Assembly: GCA_004431415.1 (NCBI GenBank)
Contig: QPMI01000457.1
Location: forward strand, 430,331 to 494,330
DNA length: 64,000 nt
From: Cyanophora paradoxa CCMP329
Taxonomy: Eukaryota; Plantae; Glaucophyta
Direction of reading: 5' to 3'
The notes beneath the pieces were generated by a model, which saw only the letters and a list, made by a program, of their open reading frames with translations, was not told the DNA's origin and did not search any database. This document shows positions 48,208 through 60,772 of the stretch, in pieces. Positions within the stretch are counted from its first letter, which is position 1; each line of letters begins with the position of its first letter. Both the position numbers and the translations under genes were made by a program.

Positions 48208-49980
48208 TCAGGCGTCGGCGAGGAGGGCGGCCTCGGCGTCGGCGGCGAGCTCCGCCTGCACCGCGTCGATGGCCGTCTCGTCCTCCAGCTCCAGCTCGGG
48301 GCCCGCCCCCGCCTGCCGCGGCGCTCAGGATCATGATCAGCGGAGGGGCGGGCGGGCGGGCGTGCGCGCACTCGTACCTCGAGGGCGGCGAGGTCCACGG
48401 CCCCGGCGGTCTCGTCCAGGTGGCTGGACACGTAGTCGGCAAAGGCTTCCCGGACCCTACCCCAGGCGGCCGCCCGCCCCGATCAGACCCCGCTCAAGAA
48501 TGGTTCAAGACCAACTGAGCAACTGCGCAGGACTCACCTATTATCACCAATGAATTCCCCCGGGGCTTTATAGTCACGAATATTTCCGCTAGAGTAGATG
48601 TCGTAGCAAGTTCCACTCTTCAGAGGTTCGCCATCAGCTGTCTTGTTTTGGATCGCCAGCGACGCCTTTCGAGACTCTCGAGGTCCGCCTGCATACTCCA
48701 TAGCATACTGCGGGTCACGATCATGATGATCATGACGAATTTGAACTTGAAGAACCCCAGAACGTTAACTATTACCTTATGGCAAAACTTGGCGAATTCG
48801 CCATAGGGCCCTTCAATGCCCGTTGTTATGAAGCGCGGGTCCCCGCCGCAGTCCCAGTCCTGTACGTACGGGTGCAGGCACAGATTAATATCAAGACCGT
48901 CGGACTCGGCGGCGTTTCTAGATCTGGCGCCGCGGGCCGGCCCGGGGCCGGGCCGGCCGGGCCCGGCCCGGCCGCGGCTCGAGTACTAGTCGTCAGGACC
49001 AACTCGGCCGGCCGCGGGTCGCAAAGATCTAGATCCAGACCAACTCTGCATAGATGGGCACAATTTGACGCACGGTAAAGCACATCATGGTCTCCTCGCC
49101 TGCCGCATGGTGTCATACGAAGTCACTGAGTCGGGACTAATTCATTTATAATTAGACTCATGATCAGTGACTAATATACTCTGATATATATAGTTAGGTC
49201 GATGCGAATTCGAACGCACCCTTCATCACCCAGGTTTTGATGTACTTTCCGGAGCTCGAGGTCAAGTTGCTCCCAACCTCGATGGCCGTCTGACCGTCGC
49301 GATCGGAAAGATAAGTCGGAGACGGGGGGCCGCGGGCCAGGTCGTGCAACTTCTAAATCAAATTTCGGCTTGTATATGTGAGATCGATTCGATTGCACGA
49401 ATGCGACACGCGCGGCAGGCCTAGAGCGCCCGCCTGCATGGGGTGACCTAGGCCTGTTGGGGATCCCAAACATGGGCTCGCACGCGCGCGGCCACTCACC
49501 CCAAGCGATAGGCACTCGTCGCCTCCATTGAACTGGATATGCGTTCCGCCAGCGGACTTGCACCTGCGTGTTCGAGCGCGCTTGTAATTAGCGAGAGCGA
49601 TGCGGTCAGCGCCAAATGCAGAATTCCGATATCGATCGTGATTCACTCCATCTCATGCATATGATCATGTATATATAGGCGCGGCATCGCGTGCGCAAAA
49701 ACTTGCCAACGGCGGCAGATCTGCAAACGGAATGATCCTTGCATCAACACGTTCACGCGCACCACTCTTCATAGTAAGCCTTGGCGTCCTCAAGGTTTCC
49801 CGCGTTGATCTTCGACTTCGTAAACCCATCCGCTTGACCCGGGGAAAGGATGCCCTCCTTCACGTTGTCCGATGTGACGAGTTCGGCCGAGTCGCAGGGG
49901 CCTTTCGGGGGCTGCAGGGGATCGTGTTTCACGGGGGCGATCGGCAAGGTGTAGCATCTGCTGCTCTTTGCGTTGCCCAT
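48208..49980 (-). CDS. Multi-exon hypothetical protein, possibly N-myristoylated
   Basis: MGNAKSSRC... with exons ...DAKAYYEEW-CKSAGGTHIQFNGGDECLSLG-TAIEVGSN...KTWVMKG, ...KSGTCYDIYSSGNIRDYK and an acidic tail; canonical splice sites. Confidence 0.55.
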
Positions 49981-50189
49981 GCTGCTGCTGCTGCTGCTCA
50001 GCGGCTACTGCTGCTGCTGCTGCTGCTCTCCACTGAGTCTCCAGACGCACGCGCGCGTTAACTAGACACTCTCCTGAGAGTCACTGAGAGTGCGCGCGAG
50101 AGTCTTGGCATGGACTCTTAGCTGTATCATAGTACCGGTAGTATACCGCAGTGCACCGGTACCTGCACATGGTACCGGTATTGCACTGC

Positions 50190-50300
50190 GCACGTGCAGA
50201 GTCACTGCAGACTCATGATCACACTGCAGAGTCACTGCAGACTCTGATGAGAGTCACTGCAGACTCAGTGCAGAGTCAGTGCAGAGTCACTGCAGACGGT
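50190..50300. repeat. Palindromic tandem repeat TGCAGAGTCACTGCAGACTC
   Basis: 4-5 units visible. Confidence 0.85.
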
Positions 50301-50693
50301 GCAGTGCTGCCAGTGCACTGCGCGCATGCGGGCCCGTCTGCGGCACGTGCGCGGTCACCGCCGGTCACACGTGCACGCCGCGCGCGGTGCACGTCCGCCG
50401 TCCGGTACTGTAATTTCAGTCTGTAAATTGCAAATTACTGGTAGTACGTATACGCTGCGATCATGAATGAATCATGATGCATGTACGTATACGCCGCGAT
50501 CGATCGACCGTCGGACGTACGGTATACGTACGTACGTCGCGAATCGCGATCGCGACTCGCGAGTCGCGACTCGCGACTCGGCGACTCACTGAGGCTGTTT
50601 TCCGGTTGCAGGTCAAGTCTTACATATCAATGGCGAAATGGAGGACTTGCCGGGCCGAGTTCGGTACTTTCCGCGAACCGGTGGTACTTTTCG

Positions 50694-52393
50694 CCAACCG
50701 ACAGTCCGGTAGACTTAAGTCTTTGGCGCGGTTTTCCCAAACACAGCACGCCGGCCCGAGTCAGCTCCTGCCGGCGGCTGCCTATATTTAACAAATATAT
50801 GCAGTTAACCGTATATACCCAAATATATAATTCTTTTACTCAAGACTTGCGTGACCTCACGCTCTTGGTGATTGGCCAGGCGCACGTGTGCCTCACGTGT
50901 GCCGCCCATCAGCACTACCCCTCGCCTTCGTGCGCACCAACTTTCCGCCCGGCTAGCTCGCTCCGCTCGCTCCAGCGCTCGGCCTTCGCGCGCTCCACGT
51001 GCTCGGGACGCATGTGCGACGCTCTCCCTCGCTTGTCGCCGCCCGCCGCAGACAAACGCTCATCGAAGGCGATCCTGCGGCGCGCGTCTTCCGTCAACGC
51101 TCTCCCCGTGCTTAAGATGCATGTAACAAGCTCTAGACGTGCCGGTGCGCCAGGCCTGCCGCTGGATCGGTCCCGGTTGTTCGAATCGCGGTTTTCGCCC
51201 ATCCGGCGCGGTTTCGCCGCCCCGGTGCCGCCCGTGTCCCCGGGTGTGTTTCCCCATCCTTGTGCATGCTTTAGAACACCGCTGCATGCCCAGAAAGAGT
51301 GCCGCACTCGTGAAAGAAAGTTCGAGGTGCCTTGGACACGGGCCACACGGGCGAGCGCTACATCGAAGGGGGGGCCGGGCGAGCGGTGCCAGAAGCTAGT
51401 AAACATGCCTACGTACGCCTCGGAATGGCGCTGCGTGCGATTCCGGCCCGGGGCCGCCGCCAAGGTGAAGGACTGCGCCTGGGTGGCGGTGGTGGTCCAT
51501 CAGCCGGCGGCGAACTGGTCGAAGAAGAGAACGGAAAGGAAGTATAGCACCTATACATCATGAAACGACGATGCGCGACCGGCGGGCGAGCCCCCCGTCG
51601 TCGGGCGGTCAAGGACTCCGCGGTGCTGCGCACGCGGAGGCAGTCAGGTTGGCTGCCCTACGTGCAGGCAGCGCGCTGGCTTACGAGTCGTTTCTATATC
51701 CTTAGATGCATCGTTTGTGTGTCTCGGAGCCGAATGGCGCGCGGCATTGTCTCGGTCTGCACATGGCGGGAGGCGACATGTCTCAGGGTTCGGAGGCGAC
51801 GCAGGCGATCTGCTCACGCACCGACATGATGTAGAGCATCTAGAGATGCCTGGGAAGTGTCGCTGCCAGCGCCCGCGATGGGCGCAGCGGACTCCGACGT
51901 CCCTCCCGCGGCATTTCCTTCTGCGCCTTGGTTAGCCTACGTGCGGTAGGGGCGTGACTGCGAGCAATAGGCATGAAAGCATACCATAAGTGGATGTAGC
52001 TGGGTGCGGCTGGGCTGGCACGTGGGCAGAAGAAGATGACTTTCGAACTGCGGCCACCGCCATGCCTAGCCTCCTCTTTGGCCATTGCTAGAGCTGCCTA
52101 GCGTGCGTAGGAGGCGGATCGCTGTCGCTTATGCAGCTAGGCTGCTCAGGCCGCTCGCTGCCACGCACGAGGTCGCGGGGGTACGAGCGCGAAGGAAAGT
52201 TTGCCGTACCCACAAAGTTGAGTTGGAATTTGCATACTACTGCGAGTCGAGTCAAAAAGTCCGAGTCAAAAACTCGGGCGTTTTGCCTGATTGGTCAAAT
52301 AAACTCAATCCACCGGCGCAGGTACCGGTCCTGTTGGACCGGCGTGCTGTGAAAATCGCGCCAAAGACTTAAGTCTACCGGACTGTCGGTTGG
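50694..52393. mobile_element. Non-autonomous DNA transposon with long TIRs
   Basis: CCAACCGACAGTCCGGTAGACTTAAGTCTTTGGCGCG(G/A)TTTTC..CAGCACGCCGG is inverted at 50694 and 52393. No transposase or TSD recognised. Confidence 0.8.
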
Positions 52394-55136
52394 GACTGTT
52401 GGTTCGTGTTATCGAGCTTCATAGCTAGCGAGATCTAGAGGGGTACCGGTAGGTATACACAGACTACAGCGCTAGCGCTAGCACTAGCCATATGCATAGT
52501 GCACTGCCGCCTAGTCCCTAGGCCCTATAGCTACGTATACTAGCCTACGTATACTAGCCCTATAGCTAGGCCCTACGTATACTAGCTATAGCTAGTCCAA
52601 GTCCTAGGCCCTAGCTAGCTATATAGCGCTAGTTGTATGCCGGCAGCTGGGCCGGCGCCATGTACATAAGACATAGCTAGCGGTAACATGCATATATATG
52701 TACATACTACATAGCTAGCGGTGGCTAGCGCTACCGTGGCACCGCGGTACCCCCCAGGGCGCCAGGCCAGTCTTCAGGCAAACACTGCGGCAAACGGGCT
52801 GTTCCGGTTGAGCCTCCTAGGCAAGACTTGACCGGCGTCCTAGGACCCGAACAAATAGCCACCACCGGCGAAGCGACAGCCCCGGTAAAGTCCAAGTCCG
52901 CCGCCTGTGTTCAGCATCCGGAAAACAGCCTGAGTCATCATCGCGAATCGCCGAGTCGATGGCCAGTCCCGGGTCGACGTCGGTGACGGTCGGTCCGACG
53001 GTCACGAAAAAAATGCCCGCGCACGAGGGTGGTTGGAGCCTACTTAGAGGCTTGGAGCCTTGTTGGAGCGTTGGAGCCTAGTTGGAGGGCAATGGAGGCT
53101 GGCCTCTTCGAATTCCAACTTACAAGTTCATGCAGAAAAAACGCGAAGTACCGCCGAAACTTGCAAGTTGCATGAAAAAAAACGCGAAGTACTGCAAAAA
53201 AAACAATTGCATGCGCAAACTCCAATGTTACGGTGTTACCCCAATGTAACCCCATGCGCATGCATGGCGCGGGCGCCGGGCCGGCGCCGCCCGGCGGGGC
53301 CGCCGCCGGCCCCGCCGCCGGCGCCGGGCGCCGCCGGCGGGCGGCCTACTAGTACTAGGCTAGCCTACAGCTGCCTATAGCTATTAGCTACTAGTAGCCT
53401 ACTACCGCGGGCCCGGCCCGCGGCGCGCCGGCGGCCCGGCGGCGCCCGGCGCCGGCGCGGCGGCGCCAGGCGGGCCTGTGAGCGGCAGTCACTGAGTGAG
53501 CCTGGCCCTGACTCCTGAGAGTCCATGATGCTGAGACAACCCAGGTCGACGTCACTGTCACCGTGGCACCGCCGAGTCGGCGCCGACTCACCGGTACCCA
53601 TGGCCAGCCTCCCAGGCCGAGCCACTGATCCCCGGCCGGGCCGCCGAGCGCGCGAGCCGAGCGCGCGGCCGAACGCGTCGCTGCGCGCTCGCCTTTCAAG
53701 CTTGAATCTCTGCGCGCTCTCACTTCCGAAGCTCAGCGGCTAGTTCTGTGCGCTTCTATCCGACGCAGCCGGGCCGCGCGCCCGCCTCGAGCTCACAGTC
53801 CACGCCGCGGCGCACGTATATACTCCACCGACGATATATATACTCGAGCTCCACCGACGAGATGGGCCGCCGTGGTCCTCCCCGGCTATATATGTTCCGT
53901 GCGCGGGCCCCGCCTGGTTCCCTGTCTGTTGCTTGCATGAATTGTTAACGTTGCTTCAAGGCTTGCTGACTGCCTGGGGATCCGGAAGATGTCTACTGCT
54001 ACACGCTAGTTTAACACATCTGGAAATCGCAATAACTAGCGATCGTGAGCGTTGAGTAGGCCGAGGCGGAGCTCGCCATGGACGGATTCGGGTTCCTGGC
54101 CCATCGCATCTAATTGCGGATTGATTGCAGGTTTAACTTTACATCGTTACTCGGATTCCGACCGCAGAGCTCAAGATCGCATATCCTGCATGCTGGCCTC
54201 GCTGCAGCGGGTATGGTCGAGCTGTCTTTCAAGTTTCGACAACTTCGTGAAGAAAGTTTTCCGGTGCGCATTGAAATAGCAATGAAAGCCTCGTGTTGCG
54301 CACATCCTCGAGCAGCTGCAGGCAGCTGGGGGTGTTCTCGTCATTCCTTCCCGGGTTCCACCTGAGCTCAAGAATGCCGCACCGGAAGGGCAGCCTAGTG
54401 GCAGGTTGGACGACAGCTCGCAGCTCTTGATGCTCCTGCTGCGGACGACAGCTCGCAGCTCTTGTCAAAAATTGCGTCTTTGGACCGGATTGCCCTCATT
54501 TAAATTTCCATTTGCAACGAACTTCGGAACGAGCTCCCTAACTAACCTAAGGAATATTCAATGCGGTATGGCTAGCTATTGGCCAAGACGCTGTGGTTGC
54601 CGCGACTTGATGTTTATGATTGGCTATGGGGCGAGTGAATCCAGATCTGGTGCCCCACCGGTATCTCTTATTGCTTGCAATTGCGTATGCACGGTCTCCG
54701 CTTTCTCTCCTCTCGAGGCCAGACGTGCTCTCTCATGCATATGATCGTGGCTTCCACTGGAGCCAGGAATTAAGTTTACCACATGGTAAACTTGCAACTT
54801 CACTCACTTAGGGCTGACTTACCACACCTGTCTTTACCCCACCTAGGAAAGCCGCGCGGGGAGCACTGCTGCCGTGCTAAATGTGCTTAGCTAGGCATAA
54901 GTGCATGGGATCCATTGAGCGCCGATGGCCCGGTAGCTTCTGTGGTCCGTCGTGGATGCGAGCACAACTCGTCAAGAGAGCGACGCATGCGGGCTGCCTT
55001 GACTGGTTCAAGTGTTCTAAAAGGTCGTTTAGAGACGATTTGCAGCTTTTAAGGGGAGGTTGTTGGGCGGCCCGACCTCGGCCAACTTCACCCAGGCCCG
55101 ACCATTATGAGCTGGGCGCAGCGCACAGCGCTTTGA

Positions 55137-55620
55137 ATGCGGTAAGCATTGATTTCAGCTACGTTACAACCGAAGTACGGCTGCCACATCGGTGCTCTTG
55201 AGACCGATGGCTGCCAATGGTTGCGTACCGAACGCTCAGACCGAGCGCCGCCGAGGTAGCCGGCGGTGCTAACGCCTCAGCTAGCTAGATCGCGTGCTCT
55301 AGCTAGTTCTCCGACCGCCGGGTGCCGCCGTTGAGCCTTGCTGGTGCGGTGGTCGGACGGGTACCCCTGCGAGTAGTTCCCCCGGGCAAAGTCGCCGGGG
55401 CAAAGTCGCCGGGGCAAACTTGCGGGGCGAAGTCGCGGTTTCCGGAGCGCAGGATCTGGAGCTGTGTTCTGCTAGCGTCCAAGTGCTGTCGGCGTGGCAA
55501 GCGGTCAAAGTGCTGTCGGCGTGGAAGCGTGGCACGTGGCGCTCGAAAAGGTGCGCCGGAGGCCTTCTTTCCGCACCCATAGCGGCCTTGCGCGTGCGTC
55601 CGTGCGGCCTCCCTTGACAG
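55137..55620. repeat. Repeated promoter/5'UTR-like cassette, copy 1
   Basis: GGGCAAAGTCGCCG x2-3, AAGTGCTGTCGGCGTGG x2, ending in the acceptor CCCTTGACAG. Confidence 0.9.
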
Positions 55621-55829
55621 GAGCGTCTCTCGCGCGGGGCAGCTCCGACAGCGGAGTAGGCAGTCGGCTGCTTCTTCAGGCGCGGCGGTCTCGGCGATCG
55701 CTACTGCGATGTCGCGGAGCCAAACCGCTCCGTCGAGGTGAGCGTTTCGCGGACTTGCGGTACTACCCGTGGGCATCCAGGACCCTGAAGAGACGCAAGG
55801 TACTTGTCGCTTTTGCGACCAGGATGCCA

Positions 55830-56710
55830 TACCATAGAAAACCCTGTGCAGTTCCTGTGCGAGGCATGGCTGTGCGATTCACGATCAATGTTCGGAGTCG
55901 TGGCCGAAGCGTTAGTGGCCGATGTGTGCCGTGAGTATTTCGTGCCCAAATCCAATGTAGCGCTGTATTGGTACAACCCAGAAACCAATGGATTCGAGCG
56001 GCCGGTGCGAAAGTTCCTTGCGTCTGACGATGATTTCTGATGCGGCTTCCGCGAATTCACGCGTCGCGTGCATGCGCACAGACATCGAAACCACAGGGAC
56101 CATCTCCAGGCGATCTCTTCTACCTCACGGCGACCAATTTCCGCCGGGCGGAGCCCGCACGATACCTGGCAAGATTGGCCGCCCGTTTCTCAAAGGCACC
56201 AGCGACGGCAGCGACGCAGAACAGCGATGCCTAGATATAACTTCGCTCGTGCCGCCACCAGCTCGACACGCGCGACTCCTTTGTCTGCGCGCGACGCACC
56301 AGTCGAGAATATTAATGAAGGAAACAGCTCCGTAGCGGTGCATGTTGTAGCGACGATTGGAGAATTATGTCAGGTGCCCATTAATCCCGTTTCAGAGACA
56401 TTTCTTACAGAATTAATGGGCCTGTGCAGATCTTGTGCAAGTCAATGATCCGGATTCGGGGTCGTGGCCGACGCGCTGCTGGCGCGGGCGTGCAGCGAGT
56501 TTCTCGTACCGAAAAACAATGTAGCGCTGTATTGGTTCAACCCAGAAACCAGTGGATTCGAGCGCCCGGTGCAAGCTTTCTTTGCGTCTGACGATGATTT
56601 CTGATGCGGCTTCCGGATCCGCGAATTCACGCGTGCGCGTGCATGTGCACAGACATCGAAACCTCAGGGACCATACCGGGTGATTTCTTCTACCTCGCGG
56701 GCGACCAGTT
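55830..56710 (+). pseudogene. Two tandem copies of the orphan LYWxxP domain (no H3 tail)
   Basis: NVALYWYNPETNGFERP-intron-TSKPQGPSPGDLFY and NVALYWFNPETSGFERP-intron-TSKPQGP; same intron position as the minus-strand copies. Confidence 0.6.
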
Positions 56711-57132
56711 CCGCGGGATCCGGAGAACGAGCGCAGGCCTCGAACTACCTGTGCGCGAATGCGAGCCATGATTGCTCTGGAAAACATCCGCTCAATGGCG
56801 ACGTATAGTGCTAGCTAGCTTCATTATTCCTGATGCACTACGCGTACGGCGCCGGCTTTCGTCCGAATACGAATTCGACCAGCATGTATATTCTCTAGTG
56901 GTTTTCGCATACATGGCTCTCTAGAGAATTCGAACTCTTCGATTTATGCGACCGCTAGCGCCCGGCAGCGTTGTCCCAAGGCCGATACGCTCATTTGCGC
57001 AAAGGATTCGAATTAAGAAAAAATACAGCAATCTCTGCGCAGACGAATTCGAATCTCTGTTCCGCTCAGCGGCTAGCTATAGCGTGCATGCGCCGGCGGC
57101 CACGACTTCGAATAAGATGCAGCTGTCGGCCG

Positions 57133-57802
57133 CTAGGGGCCTTGAAACGGGCAATAGCTAGATCCGAAAACGGTCGCCAGGAAGGGCGCTGTCTCGACTT
57201 CTGGGATCACCGAATCCCTCGCGACGTAGTACAGATCATCCGGGGATGGCCCTGGACTCGACCTCTGTGCACGCGCAAGCGGAATTCGCGAATGCCGCAT
57301 CATGATCAGAAATCGAGGGAAGACGGAAAGATATCTTGCACCGGCTCGAAGTACTCGGCAAAGAACTCGAGGTAAATGAAGCACCGACTTGCTGGGTCGT
57401 ATCGATACATCATCAGCGCATCAGGGTGCGCGTGGTATGTGCTGCGGACGAGTTCACGGTACGCAGCTCCAGAAGATCTGTCTGCCACGTCTCTGAAACA
57501 TAGATCTTCAATCTAAACAGGCCCTGCGCTGTTTAGATTAGGGCACAAGCTTAAGGCATCGATGCAACCGTGGTCGCACCTGTCATATCATGATGCCCAC
57601 CGAAGGGGCCGGCAGTCCCGAGAAGCGCCACCTCGACAGAGCTGCCCGCGTTCTCGAGCCGCGATCGCGGCGCGTACAGAGCAATCACGCTTTCCGACTC
57701 GGCGACGCTGCTCTTCTGTTGGCTCTGGTACTGGTGCGCCGACCGCGGCTTCCGTGAAGTAACGAGCTGTTTTCGAATACGTTTTCCCCATGCGGTAAGC
57801 AT
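57133..57802 (-). pseudogene. Degenerate paralog of the H3-tail-mimic gene
   Basis: GKRIRKQLVTSRK...VAESESVIALYAPRSRLENAGSSVE; WQTDLL; YRYDPASRCF; GPSPDDLYYVAR; frameshifts in exon 2. Confidence 0.7.
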
Positions 57803-58361
57803 CGATCTCAGCTACTTTAAAACGAACTACGAGCAGCCAAGTGGTGGTCCTCGAGCTCGAGACCGATGGCCGCGTACCGAACGCTCAGACCGAGCGCCGC
57901 CGAGGTAGCCGGCGGTGCTAAAGCTCTAGCTAGCTAGATCGCGTGCTCTAGCTAGTTCTCCGACCGCGGGTGCCGCCGTTGGAGCCTTGCTAGTGTGGTG
58001 GTCGGACGGGTACCCCCCTGCGCGTAGTTCCCCCCGGGCAAAGTCGCCGGGCAAAGTCGCCGGGGCAAACTTGCCGGGCGAAGTCGCGGTTTCCGGAGCG
58101 CCGGATCTGGAGCTGTGTTCTGCTAGCGTCCGAAGTGCTGTCGGCGTGGCAAGCGGTCAAAGTGCTGTCGGCGTGGAAGCGTGGCACGTGGCGCTCGAAA
58201 AGGTGCGCCGGATGCCTTCTTTCCGCATCCATGGCCATGGCGGGGTTAGCTGCGCGTGCGTCCGTGCGGCCTCCCTTGACAGATGCGTCTCTCAGGGATG
58301 GATGCAACACGAGGAGACGAAACGCGAGTTCGAAGAGAGCGGCCAGGAGCGTGCGGAGAAA
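57789..58361. repeat. Repeated cassette, copy 2
   Basis: Same blocks as 55137-55620. The segment 56834-58361 also aligns with 60555-61870. Confidence 0.9.
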
Positions 58362-58416
58362 CGCCAGCTGGAGACTTTCCAAGACGCCGGGGCGAACTTT
58401 CCGGAGCGAAGTCGCA

Positions 58417-60300
58417 TGAGCGCTATTAAGCGCCCGCGTGCCGGAGATGCGTATGATGCGAAGGACGCAAAGGATGAAGTACGCGCGGTCACACTTCATA
58501 TCGCTACATCCAGCGTGCGTCTGCTCGCTCGCGCTTCGAATTCTTTGCTCGCTCGGCCACAAATTTAACCACGCGCGCAGGAGATGCCCGTGTCACTCTC
58601 GAAATCTCCAGCCCGCCTGCATCGTCGTGCGGCCCGCCCGCCGGCGCCCTCTTGCTCGTTTTCTCAGACCAGCCGGCTTGCCATTGGCACAGGACCCGGA
58701 GCAGAGCACCTCAAGCCCAAGCAGCGGCTGCCGGCAGAGGGCTGGCCATCATCGAGGCCACCCTGCGTGCCCACCAGCCCCGCACGGTCGCATTGCGGCT
58801 TGAGAAGTGCGCGCGGCTCCCGAGCGCCGCCTCGTGCACAAGTGCAGCCCGCAGCGCCCGCCTCGAGGACATTCCGGCATCGCTGCAGGATATCCTCGTC
58901 GAGAGGTTGCGCACATCCACCTCGTCGGCGAGACCACGCGCACCCGTTCCAGAGGAGAACGCAGAGTCGCCCTCGTCTATGCTACTATGTCGGACCTTCG
59001 CAAGCGTGGGCTGCTCACGATGACCATGTCGCCCGAGTGCGGCACGGCCATGGCCAGCTAGCGCCCTCCCTTTCCTCGACCCCGCCCATCTGCAACCAGG
59101 TACCCTGGCTCGTGGACCCCTCAAGTTCGTTTGCGGCGAGTTGCCACCCTACAAAAGATTTTTCCAACGGTTTAACACCTTCATGGAGCACATCTACGGC
59201 CCCTTCTGTGAAATCAATCAGGCAGGCACTCGTTATGCACTACGGCGCGACATGTAATGCGCTACCTCAGTAGCTCTGAACCCTGACTTCAATTAAATAG
59301 TGCACGCCTCCGCTCGCCTATCGCCGAGTCGACATTAGCAGTTGACGACGCTCAAATGGCAGGCGCGCGCTTTAGGCGAGAAAGCGCCATCGCTGAGCTA
59401 CATGAAGCTCTCCACGCGTACATTCATGGTTGCCGCTGCCACAAGGGAGCCGACAAGTCGACAACGGCATCTTCGATGACAGGTGCATGCACATGCAGTT
59501 TGCGGTCAAACCAGAATTGAGGAGAAACAGATCAAAAACCAAACCAGAACCAAGCTCGCCAAGATGTTCGAACCAGGGTGAAAGTGTCCAAATGGATTCC
59601 TGGTGCGAGGGTATCCGGATTAGCTATGTGTCACTTGCAGTGATGTGTTCGCATCGATACCGGTATATTCGGATCCAGGGTATTGATTGAGTTCCAAGCT
59701 CAATCGCGAGCGTCTGCAGCTGGCATGGCTTATGTGAAGGCAGCACAGAAAACCCATCGTGACATTCTTGTGCATGGTACACTCAAGATCTAAATATCGC
59801 GCGCAGTGATGTGTTCGGCATCGATACGGTATATTCGGATCCAGGGTATTGATTGAGTTTCCAGCTAAATCGTGCGCACACATACATATGTTATTGAGTC
59901 CGTTCTGCTAATCCTTATAATCTCTGCGAAATGCACTTGCAGTTTGCGAAATGCCGAGAAGCGCAATCCCAAGTTCTTCGAGAGCCTTGAAACAAAGTAG
60001 TTTGAATTACACAGCTCTCTCGTCAAGAACTGCTCCCACGTGCACCAGCACAAAGACGAGAAGCACATGTTGGTGTCGCATGCAGGTAAAAACCATTGCA
60101 CGTTAATCAACACATGAATAATTGAATGTATACGCAGGTTTCTATTCGCTGTTCCCTCTTATGCAGTACGTACACTACCAGGAATCTCGATAAATATAGC
60201 CAGCGAACAGATCTAGAGCGAAGCTTACAGACGGTATATTTTCCAATAGACTATTACCATCCGGACTTAAGCATTTCCTTGCCTCCCCAAAACTCTATTG
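58417..60300 (+). pseudogene. Degenerate multi-exon gene remnant downstream of cassette 2
   Basis: MSAIKRPRAGDAYDAKDAKDE followed by a GT-AG intron and frameshifted coding-like fragments; family not determined. Confidence 0.3.
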
Positions 60301-60772
60301 CTAGAATAGTTATAGCAATCAGAAGGTCAGGTACATATGCACGCAGACATGCAGCTTGTTAAAGATCCGGCCGCGGAGGTAAGGCTCCTAGGAAACGGTA
60401 CAGGTAGAATTTGTAATGTAGAACTTAGGTAAGGCTTGGTAGCCCGAGTGTATACGTAGTGGTATCCTGTTCGTGTCGTAGATTTGTTGTGTAATATGAT
60501 GTGTTAAATATATTTGAATCGTTGTGTAAAGTTTCGGATTTCCAAAATTCGTGCTGCACTACGGCGCCGGCTTCGACTTGGATCCGAGACGAATGCGACC
60601 AGCATGACTACTATATAGTTCACGTCTCCTGCTACTCAGAATTCGAATTCGAGAAAACAATACAGCAATCTCTGTGCAGAAGAATCTGTGTTTGGCTAGT
60701 GCGCATGGCGTCGGCGACCACGAATAAGATGCAGCTGCGGACCCGTACTAGGTCCTAGGGGATTTGCACTGG

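Noticed and set aside
54050-55130. Gene to the left of cassette 1
   Set aside because: Only short interrupted frames; no family could be supported.
55245-55290. Helitron 3' end (GC hairpin followed by CTAG) in the cassette
   Set aside because: CTAG is very common here, the motif is internal to the repeat, and it is absent from copy 3.
55380-55530. CRISPR-like direct repeats (also 4047-4175 and 46196-46295)
   Set aside because: Only 2-3 units, no unique spacers, no cas genes, eukaryotic context.
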